DNA of 64,000 nucleotides from Amoebidium appalachense (GCA_963693365.1 CAVNZM010000014.1:6572001-6636000); one strand, 5' to 3'. Numbered from the stretch's first letter, positions 29,979-43,905 are shown. Numbers and translations are program-made. Notes: generated from the letters alone by a model not told the origin.

Positions 29979-30514
29979 GGCTGCCTGAAGCTGATTGGAG
30001 GATATGAGAGCCATATAAGGCAATAGAATGCATGATAAAACGATTGAACGATTGAACGTGTACAGTTGCTAAAACTATGTAGATATACACGATATATAGA
30101 TAAAGCGATATATATAGACGATATATAGGTAATGCACAATATTCCGTGAAAGGGGCGATTGCCCATATGACCTGTTGCCATTCTGAGATGAAGATATCAT
30201 GCATACAATGTGCCCCAATAGCCTATACCCTGGGGTCAACTCCCCCTTCTCCCTCCCTCCACCCCCACCCACCCCTGTTTGAATCCCTCTACCAGTAAAT
30301 GCATCCCCCCCCCCCCATCCCCCCTCCCTTCCCCCCCCCCCCCCCCCAACAACAACCAAAAAAAAAAAAAAAAGAAAGAAAGAAAAGAAAAAAGAAAGAA
30401 AGGAAAACGAAAAAAAAAACTCCAGCTCTTTCTTCTCCCCCAATACCCCCCCCACCCCCCCACCCCCCACCCCCCACCCCCCACCTCCCTCCGGGGGCAT
30501 TTTTGTGTGTGTGT

Positions 30515-30595
<81 letters not shown>

Positions 30596-30784
30596 CGTAC
30601 GTGCGTGTGTGTGTGTCTTTGCCCATGTACGCACACCCACACAGACACATGTCACACAGACACACACAGACACACACGCGGACACACATGCACACGCACA
30701 CACACTCACACAGACAGACACACGGGCAGACACATGCTTGTAGGCAGACACACATATACAAGTACGTGCGCCTCCACCGGGGCG

Positions 30785-30817
<33 letters not shown>

Positions 30818-30918
30818 CCCCAAACCAACCAACAAACCAAACAAAAAAAAAACACACACAAGCAAGTAAACCAAACAGCTCTCCCTCCTCAGTCCAGTAA
30901 ACCCCCCCCCCTCCCCCC

Positions 30919-30981
<63 letters not shown>

Positions 30982-33900
30982 CCTCCACCCACCATTACCA
31001 GTTACAACCCTTCTCCCCACAGAAAGGCCCTTTCGCATTTTCTTGGACCATCCAACGACTCACTAAGGTATGGCACTCCACGTTGATATACACACATGCC
31101 CGCCATCCTCTTACCTCCTCCATCCTTGGTTCTTGGCTTAGCACCAAACACAGTAACCCCGTTGACTCTTTCTCGAGATTAGTGAGTTACGACCTAACGC
31201 ACAGACATATATGGCCTCCACAACTCTCGCAGGTGACCCGTATTAGACCCTATTCAGGTATGGGTTTACTTCTGCAAAAATGCACATCGAATATGCCGGA
31301 AATGCACGCCTGATGTCAGGCGTCACCGACTACTACAGTCTGGAAAGAAGAATGGGCCAGCCTGTTATATGCTGCTGTGCAGTTCACACGCTCACAGAAT
31401 CAGGATTTCTGAGCTGCTGATTGAACTAATCCTTTCGCTTTCCGTAAGAAGAAAAAACTTTAATAGAACTCTGTGTTTCCACCTGTTTGCACAGGCCTTG
31501 CCAACTGAAACAAGTGTGGTTTGCCCGGCCTATAACATCTGCCTGCATGCGCAAGCTGGAAAAGCGACACGAAAACTCGCACGATCAAGTGCCTTGAAAG
31601 CAAAGCGATCCGACAATTACGAGGTGACGCCCACCGAAACGAACACCTCGATACAGGATGACCTCGATATTGGAAGACTTTCATTGTCGAACCTTCCCCC
31701 CCCCCCCCCCCCCAAAAAAAAAAAAAAAGCCCTTCACCCGTCTTCACCACACCACACACGCACACGCACACACAAACGCGCGCGCGCGCACACACACACA
31801 CACACAAGTTCTCTCTCTGTTTCCTCCCCCTTCCCCCGGTTTTTCGGTACATGTATGAACATACAAGATGCCTTCACGGCGATGCTTCACACTTCGGTTC
31901 AAGCTACACCATAGCTTGCACAAACTGTACTAGTACTTGTGCAGTGAACTTGAATTTATTTGCTTTGTCTGCATAGCTTAGACTTTAGGCCACGACACGG
32001 CCTGTTCACAGCTGAAAATGCAGCTGCATGGGTGCTACTCCCCCCTCCTTCCCCCACCCTCCTGGCCAGGATCCCAAAGCATTACACCATGGCTAACTAA
32101 CAACGAGCCTTTGATTCAAAGTACAAGGACCACCCCATTTGTCTGTAGTGTGTGGCTGAAGGGTTCACTACATCACTGGCAAGGAAATGAAGATGCGTTC
32201 ACACAAAGTCGGGTTCCATGCTTTGTTTAGTGTAATAGGCAGCTCCCCCGAGCCGTTAAGTTAGGGCACCCGCAATGGCATTAAGTTAGGGCACCTGGAA
32301 TCCTTGCGCATGTGCTTGTACTTGTGTGTGTGTGTGTATGAGAGCGTGTGTGTGTCATGCGTCATAACACGTTGCATAGCAAATAAAAACAAGAGCGGGA
32401 GAGAGAGGGGGGAGGAGGAGGAGGGGAGGGGGTGGGCCAGACACTTTAAATGTAGATTATGAGAACACACACCCACTTGAACAGTGCACTACCCAAACGC
32501 CACCCGACGCCCTTGGTCCCAACAATCTCACCTTTTTCCCAATTAATCGACAGTCATATCCACCCCCCCTTTCTCCCAACAACCTTTCGTTCCTAAAAAT
32601 CAACCAACGACAACCTCCACAAACCCACAGTGAGAACCGCCTCCAAATACCAGTTGCTTCGTGCCCAGACACTTGCTAACACACTGAATCTAAGACCTCT
32701 GCACCAGCTAAACAAACCTCCCCGCAAATTCCTTGTTCACTTATCGTCTAGCCAGCAATACAAGCCCGGAGACGAAACTAATAAAAATCCATAAGACAAA
32801 ATAGCGGAAGGGAAACTTGTCAAGGGAGGCCCGGCCGACCTCAAAGGCTATATAGATTTCCTTACACAAAAGCTCTTTTATTTATTCCTCGTATTTTCCT
32901 CTCGGCACACGGAACGTAGAATCCTTGCAGAGAACCTACCTCCCAGCACTCCGACCTGCCAGCCAGCTTCACTCTTTCACTCTTTCCGTGTGCAATCTGC
33001 ACTCTAACGTGCTTGATTTTTGAAATGAGGTTCAAAGCTGTCTCATCCCCCTGTATTACCAACTCTTCTGCTCTTTTCTGACTTTCGGAAAGCCAGAACT
33101 CGCACACAACACGCATCAAAACGAGAAAACAGCTACAATTTTGAGGGACTTTGTTACGAAACACAAAAGCAAGTGTCGCCTGCATGGAGCGTCACAGATC
33201 TTATCCACAAGACCTGACCCGGAATCATTCGGGCCGCTTACACAGCCATGCACAAGACTGCGACAGATACTGCGACAAAACTAATGTTAAAATACTGTAA
33301 GTTTAATTTATTCTTTTAAAGACTTCTATTGGTTACAAATCATTGCTGCTTTTTTATGTATGTTGACCCGAATCGCCAGCCGCAGTTCGGGTCGGAGCGT
33401 CATCACGTGTATTCAATGCGCGCGCCGGCGCAAGTTCTCTCTCTTTTCGCCACCACCTGAAAAAGTAAGTGGGAGGCGAAGGGAAAAAAAGGGTTAGGGT
33501 TTGCAGGTATACAGGTGCAACACGAGCAGGAGAAAGTCAGCGGCAAGGTGCTGTACACGCTGAGGAGCACGGGAGTTAGTAGCAACGTTTTTTTCGTGGT
33601 GGGAATCGGTTCATTTGGAAGGGTTTTTTTCTTATGGGGGGGAACGTGAGAAGAGGAATATGATAGGTGCTGCGAGGATGTCGGCTACGCATTATATAGT
33701 TTCTCGGATAGCTCAACGGAGGAGAGCACGAGCATAAACAGGGGTTGGTGACAGGACAGCAAGCCAAGGATCACGAAGTTATGGAAGCTCTGGTGGATTT
33801 TGACAGCACGAAGCATGGTACACGACGTACACCTCAGCAATTATAAGCGGAGGCTATTCAACACAGGCTACACGCTCACGTACTAAGTGCAAGTGCACAG

Positions 33901-34697
33901 CAGCCTTCTAATACGCTCGGCATCAGGGAACAATTTTGCAGCGGGGTTTTCGGAATTGTCAGAGAGTGGTTTGGACCTTTTTGTCGAAGCAGGACGGGGC
34001 GGGTAAATGTGCTGGGTACCGATCGATGCTTTTCAGGGGAGAAGAGCGGGGCCGAGAGGAATGTACGCACGCAAATTTAGTAGCTCTGACAACGTTACAT
34101 TCATAGTATTTTCGGTTTTTCTGGAGTCTCCACTTTGTCATTATGGGGATTGGAATGGACGAATTCACACGGACTCGGACGAACCGTGAAATTCTTGTTC
34201 TTGCACGACACATTTCGGACCTGGCAAAGTGAAGCACATACGGGATTGCGAAGGTCTAATCTACTCAAAGCATCGTGGTGGACATTTCTACTTGGATAAT
34301 CTCGTGTGTTGGGGAGACATGTTTGGAGGGATACAGGGGCATGGTTGAGAGAGGGCAGGGGGAACATGCAAACACTACCGTTATGTTGGGTTGCGAGGGG
34401 AGAGACTGCGGACGTGGTTCGTCACACCTGATGGCTTTTGGAAACAAGGAGTGCTCATCCCATCCGGGTTGTGAATGGGGTTGCTGACCCATATTTGGAA
34501 ACGTGCATTTTTCCTGTTGTTTGGGGCTTAATAGGGCTGTAGCCATCCCAGTTGAAAATTGGCTATAGGGTTTCTTTCTGGAAACGTGTTTTTTCCTCAC
34601 CTTTCCTTGTTTTACTTGTTATTTCCACTTCTTGTTTTCTCGAGACTTTGTTTTCTGACAGCGTTTCCTGGTTTTTCTTGTTCAGGGACGAGGCAAG

Positions 34698-35927
34698 ATG
34701 TCGGCAGTCAGTGGGCGTGTTAAGGCGTACGAGCTGCGCAGCAAGTCCAAGGAGGACCTGCTGCGCCAGCTGGCCGACCTCAAGACCGAGCTGGGACAGC
34801 TGCGCGTGGCCAAGGTCACCGCCGGCCCTGCCTCCAAGCTCGCTAAGATCAAGGTGTGTGTGTGTGTCTGTGTGTGAGGGGGAGAAAAAGAGGGAAATGA
34901 GTGGTTGTGTGTAATTATTTAGGCATAGGACGGTGTGAGAGGGAGAGAGCGTAAGGATGTGTTGGTGGGTGGGTGCGTGGGGGGGAAAAACAAGAGAAAG
35001 TGTGTTATGTGGTTTTAGGAATAAGGGTGCTAGAGGGGTGGGTGTGCGGGGGGAAAGGGGGGGGGGGGTCAGAGAAAATGGTTGTGTGTTAATAAAGGTA
35101 AAGGGTGTGGAGGGAAGGGTGGTGAGTGTGTGAGGAGGAAAAAGTGATAGGTTGCAGTGTGATTGTAGGCAATCGTGGGCGTAAGGCTGTAGAAGGAAGG
35201 GTGTGTCTGGTGGTTGTAAGAATGTGGGTGGAGAGGGGGTAAGCAAGGGATCTCTGGTGTTGTGGTGGTGTGCAAAGAGGTAGGTTTTCTTTTTGAGGGG
35301 AGGGGGGGATAGGAGGTTGGAGGCTACGAAGGGTGCAAACGAGGGATTTGTGGGGGGGGGGGGGGGGGGGGCTGACAACATATGCAGGGCCGTTTTGGCA
35401 TTTAGTGCGCTATAGAGGGGGGTTTTTTTCTGGAGTAGAGGGGGTGTGAGTTTGCGTCTGTGATGATGTTTGGATCGGCTGCCACAGATGTGGTCATCGC
35501 TTAAGGTTTATGTCGGCAGGTTGCATCATGACATCAGTGCTACGTCATATTGACGTCTATATATGGTTAGATACTCTTTTCTTGGAATTGCTACATTACA
35601 TTATATGGAAATGCTGCAGAAATGTATACATTGTTGTGGAGGTATCGCGCTCGAAAAACTCTCGAAAAGCTCAAGTGCCGTTAGCGTGGAGTCGTCATCG
35701 CCACACAGTACTAACCTTTTTTCCCCTCTTCTCTTTTCACACACACAACGAAACACACCTGGCACTTGCTTGCGCATGCAAGTACCCACACACACCTATT
35801 ACATCTGTACACATTATCCCATTATAACGAGCACACACGTCACCCACACGCACACATGCATCAACATCCCCAACACCATCACTCCACATGCACACATGCC
35901 CTTCCCAACACACACCCTTCACCCTTC

Positions 35928-35967
<40 letters not shown>

Positions 35968-36317
35968 CTTCACTCGCCCCCCGTCACCCCATTCCTACTA
36001 TTCCCAATCCCCGATGCCTTCACCCCTCCCCCCCCTCCTCCTTCTCCTTCTCCCCTTCTTCATGCCAACTCCCTCGCACACACGTACAGGTTGTGCGCAA
36101 GTCCATTGCCCGCGTCCTCACGGTGCTGAACCAGACCCAGCGCGAGCACCTCCGCGCCTTCTACAAGGGCAAGAAGTACACCCCCCTGGACCTCCGCGTG
36201 AAGAAGACCCGCGCCATCCGCCGCCAGCTGACCAAGTTCGAGGCCACCCGCGAGACGAAGCGCGCCGCACACAAGCGCGTGCACTTCCCCCAGCGCAAGT
36301 ACGCCGTCAAGGCCTAA
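34698..36317 (+). CDS. RPL35: 60S ribosomal protein L35 (uL29), 127 aa, 2 coding exons
   Basis: Exon 34698-34853 ([52 protein letters not shown]), GT..AG intron, exon 36090-36317 ([15 protein letters not shown]...[17 protein letters not shown]...[13 protein letters not shown]). Strong C/G-ending codon bias. Confidence 0.98.
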
Positions 36318-36338
36318 ATATAGACGTTGACTGCTAAA

Positions 36339-36344
36339 AATAAA
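36339..36344 (+). terminator. Possible polyadenylation signal AATAAA for RPL35
   Basis: AATAAA about 20 nt after the stop, with GT-rich sequence downstream. Confidence 0.35.
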
Positions 36345-37431
36345 TGGCTGCTCGCTGGTTATCGCTGAGCGGCTGGTGTCAAGCAAATTACCTTTGGCAA
36401 GCTGGCGTGGTGTGTGTGTGTTTGTGGTTGGGGGGGGGAGGGGGGGGGGCATCATGATGCGGTTGTGTTGCACCTGATTGTGGATTTTTAGGGCAGAGTG
36501 GTGGTTTGAGTATGTAGGCAAATGCGATGGTTGTGTGGCGCCCTCGGAAATTTGGTGCTGCTTGGCGATATGTATTACTTTGGGGGGGAGGGGGGGTGTT
36601 ATTTTATTTGTTTTATTTTTTTCTTCTCGAGGGGGGGGGGGGGGGGGGGTTCCTACCGACATACTTTTTCGAATTGCTTTGCTCTAAGCCTTGAGCATGT
36701 GCGAATGTGTGTTTGCACGGATGGGCGATTCGTGTACCAAGTGGCCAACACACATACGCACAATGGTCAGGCGGAACTACGTGAATAACATAGTGCCATA
36801 CGACAAAAACACGTGTGTGCACGTGAGATGGACCCTAGCCCCACCCACAGACGAAGGCTGAAAGACAAAGTTGGCCGCGCCGTTACCCAATCGTCAATCA
36901 CTTGCACACACCGCCGAGGTCGCGTGATGCCCTGGAGTTGGTTTAAGGTTTTGCCTATATATGGCAATGTCCGGATTAGGCATTTGCCATGTAAGGAGAA
37001 AAGGCACGCCGTTTACTTCCTATTTGAAAATGCATACACCGGGATATTTGGCCAAATACAGAATTATGGGCGGGAAGTTTTGGCGCGCAAAAAAAGACTA
37101 TATGAAACAAGTTAGCCAAATGAATTTTGGGCGGGAAGTTGTGGCGCGCAAAAAGAAAAGAAAAAAAATTATATGAAACAAATAAAGAAAAACTACACTG
37201 TACATGTAGCAAAATATTGACATCTTGATATTTTTGCCTGAAAAAACTGGGCACGAAAACGTAAACATGATAATCATTGTCCGTACACGTGGAGGATTCT
37301 ATATTTTGGGGGGGGTGTAGTGAATCCTTGTGGTTTTTCGTCACGGCCGCCACTCGAGCTCTGATCGTGAGGGCTGTCACGGTGGTTTTGATGGTGAGGG
37401 TGGTGTTGTTTTGTATGTGTGACGTGTACTT

Positions 37432-37483
<52 letters not shown>

Positions 37484-38487
37484 TGTCGAATCGAGTACGA
37501 GGCGCCGGCACGGAGGTGGCGGATGAATTTGCGAAGAGAGGCGATGGCCACCCATGCATATATGGGATGTGTGTGTTTGAAATTCAGGTGCTTTTCGATC
37601 ATTCACTGTCTGATTGAACGTGGCCGTGGGCGGATGGCATGGGCCGGGCCCGGGGTGGGTGCCCGTGTTGGGGAGGGGGGGGGGATGTCGCAGGGGATGC
37701 CATCGGATATGTATATCGATCATCGGCTGTGAACGCGCTAACGATTCGGACGTGCATGCATATATATGGGTCGCGGCAACCGTGCTCATATGCTTGGAGC
37801 TCGAGGTTGTTTGATTTGGAGATAGCACGTGCACATGGTATGGCTAAACCTTTGATTAGAATAAGTTTATTATAACTCAGGGAGCCCAGAAAGCATGATT
37901 CAACTCCAGCATGAAACAAAAGTAGTTAGTGGTGTCTTTTTGACATATTCAAATACAGATATATGTAGATCCGCGGCGCCAATATGATGCCTAACTTTTC
38001 CTCGACTTTTTTGCCCGCCCAGCACAATCTGACCCTAAGACTTTGCACCGGTACCTGGTTACATGTAATCTACACTACTAATCTAATAGAAGCAAACCAT
38101 TAATGCTAATTGGGATATACATTCCCTCTTTGTCAAGCTAATACTAAAAAAGAATCGCTTTGTGACATATCTCGTCACGGAGTTATCTAGCCCCGTACCA
38201 TGCTGGGCAAATTTAAAGCCAGCACCTGATCACAATCTTACATGTATGTCGATACAAAAACAGCACATTCGCACACACAGTACAATATATACAAAGTATC
38301 TGTACAAAAAAGAAGATGAAGGAAACCAACCCAAGCGGTCCAGAGGTAGGATAGAAATAAGAAGAACGTGCCAATAGCTATCCGACGTTAGTTATAGTAG
38401 GGCAGAACAAGTAATTCATATAGTAGCTATCCGACTTCACTTCTGACTTTAATCACAATCCTAAAGAAATAAAAAACGAGCCAATAG

Positions 38488-38620
38488 CTACCCGACGTTA
38501 ATTATGGCGGTGCTGTCTGTGTACACGTCAGAAACCTGCAGAGTCGGCTGGCCGTTATAACCGTCGAGGGCCATGGTCTGTGCTAACAGGGCCTCATAAT
38601 GTTGCAGCTGTGCCGTGTGT

Positions 38621-38668
<48 letters not shown>

Positions 38669-38669
38669 T

Positions 38670-38705
<36 letters not shown>

Positions 38706-39322
38706 TGTATGTGTATGTCTGTATGTGTATGTGCATGACATTGTACAGGCACGCGTGTGTGTACGTATATAAGCACGCACTTGTGTGCATGCGCATGTGT
38801 GCGTGTGTGTACCCGTGTGTGTGCCGAGTGAGGATATGATATGGGCGTGTAGCATGCCTGTGTGTGCACGTGTGTCCACGTATGTGTGAGTGGGTTTGTG
38901 TTTTCCTGTGGTTCATGTGTGTCCGCAAAAACGAGCAGGAGACAAGAATGTCAAAAGAGGAGGGTCAAGCAGCAAATTCAAAGGAAAAGAGGATAACAAG
39001 CACACACGCAGGCAAATGCATCGCAAAAAAACAGGGTCCCGCACATATCAATAAGTAATCCCGATATCACCAATATAACTGTGGAACAGGGGAAGATGGG
39101 ACGGCCATAATCTGTTGTTGTTGTTGTTGTTATTGGTGTGTGTGTGTGTGCGCGCGCCTGTGTGTGTGTGTGTGTTTGGGGGGGAAGGGGAAGGGGAAGG
39201 AAGGGGGGGGGGGGGGGGGGAGGGGAGGGGGGGGGGGAACATACCTGCTCAACGAAGCCTGTGATGGGTGCGATGATCGATCGTCTTTCTTTTACATAGT
39301 CATAGGCCATGCGTAGGCACCA

Positions 39323-39358
<36 letters not shown>

Positions 39359-39379
39359 GTGCGTGTGTGTGTGCATGTA

Positions 39380-39418
<39 letters not shown>

Positions 39419-39419
39419 A

Positions 39420-39468
<49 letters not shown>

Positions 39469-40372
39469 ACGCGTGCGGGCGTGCGTGCACACGCGCGTCC
39501 GCGTGCGTGTCAATGTGGGTGCATGTGGGTTCATGTGTACATTCGTTTTGCCTGTGTGTGTGAATTTGTGAATGGAAGGATTGGAAGATTGAGAGTGAGA
39601 GAGGGGGGGGGGGGGGGGGGAGTGAGCAAGAGGAAAAAGAGAGAGAAAGAGAGAGAGAAAAATAGAGAGAGAGACAGAGAGAGTGTGGTGTGTCAGTCAG
39701 CACCATCTAATGCGTACTTCTGTCCTTTCCCTGCTCCCTTTTCCACAACAACAAATTCAAACGACCTGAATTTGTGAAGCTTTGTGTAAGAGATACACCA
39801 ACGCACCATGCCACACAGATATCAACGACAACACACCAGTGGCAATTCAAATGAGCAACATACACCCCGATATAGAAAAAATTGGGAAGCGGGGAAGGGA
39901 GGGGGGAGGGGAGGGGGGGTGCGCAAACAGAATGAAGTTAGACAGTGTTTAGCACCGTGCCAACCGTAAGTTGTTGAGGGCAGATTGAACAAAGAAGGAC
40001 TATTTGACATAGGTGAAATTCAAACGAGAAAGGAGAGGGGGGAGGGCAACTTGTGCTTGTTTTTGCGTCGGTGTGTGTGTGTGTGTGTATGGGTGGGGAG
40101 GAGAAGGCGAAGAGGTAGGAGGGTGGGGAGGGGGGAGGGAAGGTGGGATGGGGTGGGGTGGGGTGGGGGTGGGGGGAGGGGGGGGGGGGGGGGGGAGGAG
40201 GGGGGTAAAGTACCGTTTATAACGCATGACGTAAGCAATGACGACAGAGCTGGAGCGTGAGATACCAGCCACACAGTGCACAAGGATCTTGTGTGTGGGA
40301 TGCTGGTCATCGGCATTAAGAACACGCACACACTCAATGGTCTCATAGGTCTGTGTGCGTGTGTGTGTGTGG

Positions 40373-40406
<34 letters not shown>

Positions 40407-40487
40407 AGGGGGAGGGGTAGGGGTGGGCGGTGGAGGGGGGAGGGGGAGGGGGGGGAGGGAGGGGGATGGGGAGACGTGGGTAGGGAG

Positions 40488-40562
<75 letters not shown>

Positions 40563-40641
40563 GGGGTGGGGGGGGGGGGGGGGGGGTGTGCCTGTGTGCC
40601 TGTGTGAGAGTGTGAGTAGACGTGGGTGTGCTCATGCACCT

Positions 40642-40672
<31 letters not shown>

Positions 40673-40689
40673 GGGGGGGAGGGAGGGGT

Positions 40690-40726
<37 letters not shown>

Positions 40727-41490
40727 CCCCAGCGAATGAGTGTGTGTGTTAGTGTGTGTGTTCGTGTTTGTGTGCGTATGCATGAGTGCGGTTGTGGTGG
40801 TGGTGGTGGTAAGTGGTTGGAGAGGGAGGGCCGGGGGGAGGGCCGGGGGGGGGGGGGGGGGGGGGGGGGGGGATGGTCAGTAGGATTAGTATTAGTGGTG
40901 TTCTTACAAATCACATAGAACAAAGCAGATGTGTAAAACCATCTCGAGGCACAACTCGTCGGCACAAAGGTAAGCAGATCGAAGAGAAATAAATGGGGGA
41001 TGGCTGGGTGGGTGGGTGGAGGGGGAGGGAGGGGGGAGGGGGGGGGGGGGGGGGGGGGAGAGGGGGAGACCCAAATCACATACTCGCCTACCTGCGCGAT
41101 CAGCAAACCCTCCCCGAACCCCCCGCCCCCGGCAAAAAAAACCCTTCTGCTGCATACCTTTCCAAATATGGCAAGAAGATCCTCCAACGAGTTATCTCTT
41201 ATCTTGATGTCGACATAGCGGAACATGAGAGATTGGTCTGGCACCTTCTCTGGCGGCAGGTACCTATTGCAATCTGGGCCCCCACGTGTGCACTCACACC
41301 CTCTACGGCATTCTAGAAAAACATTTTCAACCTCCACTGAGACGTTGAGGATGGTGGAAACACACGTGCGTACCTGTGTGTCAAGAGAGGAGGGAGAGAG
41401 GGGGGATGGGATGTTAGTATGTGTTTGGGTCTGTGTTTGTGTGTACACGTGTGCATATGTGTGCGTGTGTGTGAGTGTGTGTGTGTGTGG

Positions 41491-41577
<87 letters not shown>

Positions 41578-42036
41578 CGCATGTGTACATGCACGCACGT
41601 GTGTGTCTTTGTTATACCCTGTGTATGCGAGTGAGTCAACAGATCGACAAGTGTGTGTGAATATGCGAGTTTATGAGTCTTTGTGCGCGTGTGTGTTTAT
41701 GTACAATCTACAGAATGTGTTACCTTGCAGCGTTTTTTTAGGCTTTACATTATGACGGTGATGGACTGGGGGGTCGTGGTGAGATGAAGGAAACAAAGTG
41801 CAAAACTACGGAAGAAGATGCATAAGAAAACGACTGGGAGAGAGTGCGTATGTATGTGTGTGTGTGTGTGGGGCGTGGGGGGGGGGGGGGGGGGTCATAC
41901 TGCAAGCTCTTTTTTGTTCTGAGCATTCCTGAGGCCACCCAAGTACAAAAAAGGAAATATTTCAGAGGAGTGCGAATTCCAGTGCGCCGCTACCTCCTCC
42001 GCCAGAACTATCTGTTCACAGCGTGGACATTTGGTC

Positions 42037-42108
<72 letters not shown>

Positions 42109-42845
42109 TTGTGTGTGTGGTTGCGTGTCTTTGTAGGAGGGTGTGTGTGTGTGTGTGTTTGCGCACGTGTGTGTGTGCATGTGTGTGTGTGCCCGCGGGG
42201 GGCGGGGGACAGGATGATGTCAGGGGGAAGAGAAGTTGAAGGGAGTGATTGATGCTCTGGGGACCGGGGGTGCGGGAGGGGGAGGGGGGGGGGGGGGGGG
42301 GGGGTAAAAATGCTAGAGAGCAAAACGGGTGGGAGGGGGGAGGGTGGCGCGGAGGGTGGAAGGAATTTTGGTGGTAGTGGCGGCGGCTGGAATGGGGGGG
42401 GGGGGGGGGGGGGGGAGGGGGGGGGGAGAAAGGAAACACAACAAGTTTCATGCACTTTTTGTGAGTGTGATGAGCATAATGCAGAGAAGCCCTGCCCAGG
42501 GTGTGTTACTTGGCCGCCAAAAATTGATAGCAAAAAAAAAAAAAAAAAAAAAAGAAAAAGAAAGAAAGAAAATGGTGGGGAATTTCTAACGGTGTTGGGT
42601 TGTAGAACCTCTATCAATGACACCAAACTTGGATATTTCAGTGTACGTCAATTCCCCCCCTCCCCCCCCCCCCCCCCCCCCCCCCCCAAAACAACAACAA
42701 CAACAAAAAAAAAAAGGAAAAGAAAAAGAGAAGGAAGAAAAAAAAGAGAAGAAAAGAAAAGGGACAAAAAAAGAAGATGAAGAAAGAAAAAGAAAAACAT
42801 TCACACACCATCTTTTCTCCCTTCGTTTGTCGTCTACTGCCCCTT

Positions 42846-42884
<39 letters not shown>

Positions 42885-43146
42885 GCGCCACCCACCCACC
42901 CAGCCCACCCCGCCCCCCTCCCGGGTGTATCCACTTCTGTTGTATCACCTCAAAAACCGCTTCGCGGGGAGATAGATATGGAAGCAAGGGCCAAAAGGAT
43001 AGAGCGAGAGATAGAAGAGAGCGCCCCCTGGGGGGGGGGGGGGCAGTGGGTGGGTGGGTGGGTGGGGGAATATGAGACCTTGACAAAGATATCGGCTTTT
43101 GCCGCACTTAAGACATCCTCTGGCAGATCTTCAACAGCTTCTGCCT

Positions 43147-43179
<33 letters not shown>

Positions 43180-43186
43180 GGGTGTG

Positions 43187-43233
<47 letters not shown>

Positions 43234-43274
43234 TGTGCGTGTGCGTGTGCATGTGTGTGCGTGCGTGTGCGCGC

Positions 43275-43307
<33 letters not shown>

Positions 43308-43692
43308 GGTGTGGGTGTGTGGGTGGGTGTGTGTGTGCGTGCGCGCGCACGCGTGTGCGTGTATGCGTGTGTGTTTTTTGTGCAATTCAACAGTACTTAT
43401 TTTTTGTTGGGTTGGGTTGAGGGGGAGGGGGGCCGGGGGAGAGAAGGAGGAAGCATTACATTTGTGCACGAACAAGCCTGCGTACCACGAATTGGTACAT
43501 CAGGTAAGCCTTTTCTTGTTCAGTCACAATAACTCCTTTGCTACCACAGGATGCAAAGCTTGCTTATCCGTTAAATACTGGGCATGTACAGTCGATTTTC
43601 GATGATTGTGGTCAAGGGGCCAAAAATAATGGACCAGCGTACAGAACCACTAATACACATGAAGTAAATATCCTTCTCCCCCCTCCCCCCTC

Positions 43693-43725
<33 letters not shown>

Positions 43726-43862
43726 TTCCAACACACACACACACAGACACACCGATTCCTTTCTCATAACTTTGACAATCATGTTGCAACTGCAACTGCT
43801 CCTCAAGCAGCTGCTTCCCCACACGCACTGCTCCATTCTATCACTCCCCTGCACATGCCGCC

Positions 43863-43905
<43 letters not shown>

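Noticed and set aside
33485-33505. Telomere-like gggttagggttt
   Set aside because: Only one to two units, expected by chance.
43753-43830. Alternative zinc-finger-like reading ([15 protein letters not shown]) implying a frameshift
   Set aside because: The unshifted 96-nt exon is already open and phase 0-0 compatible with both neighbours.
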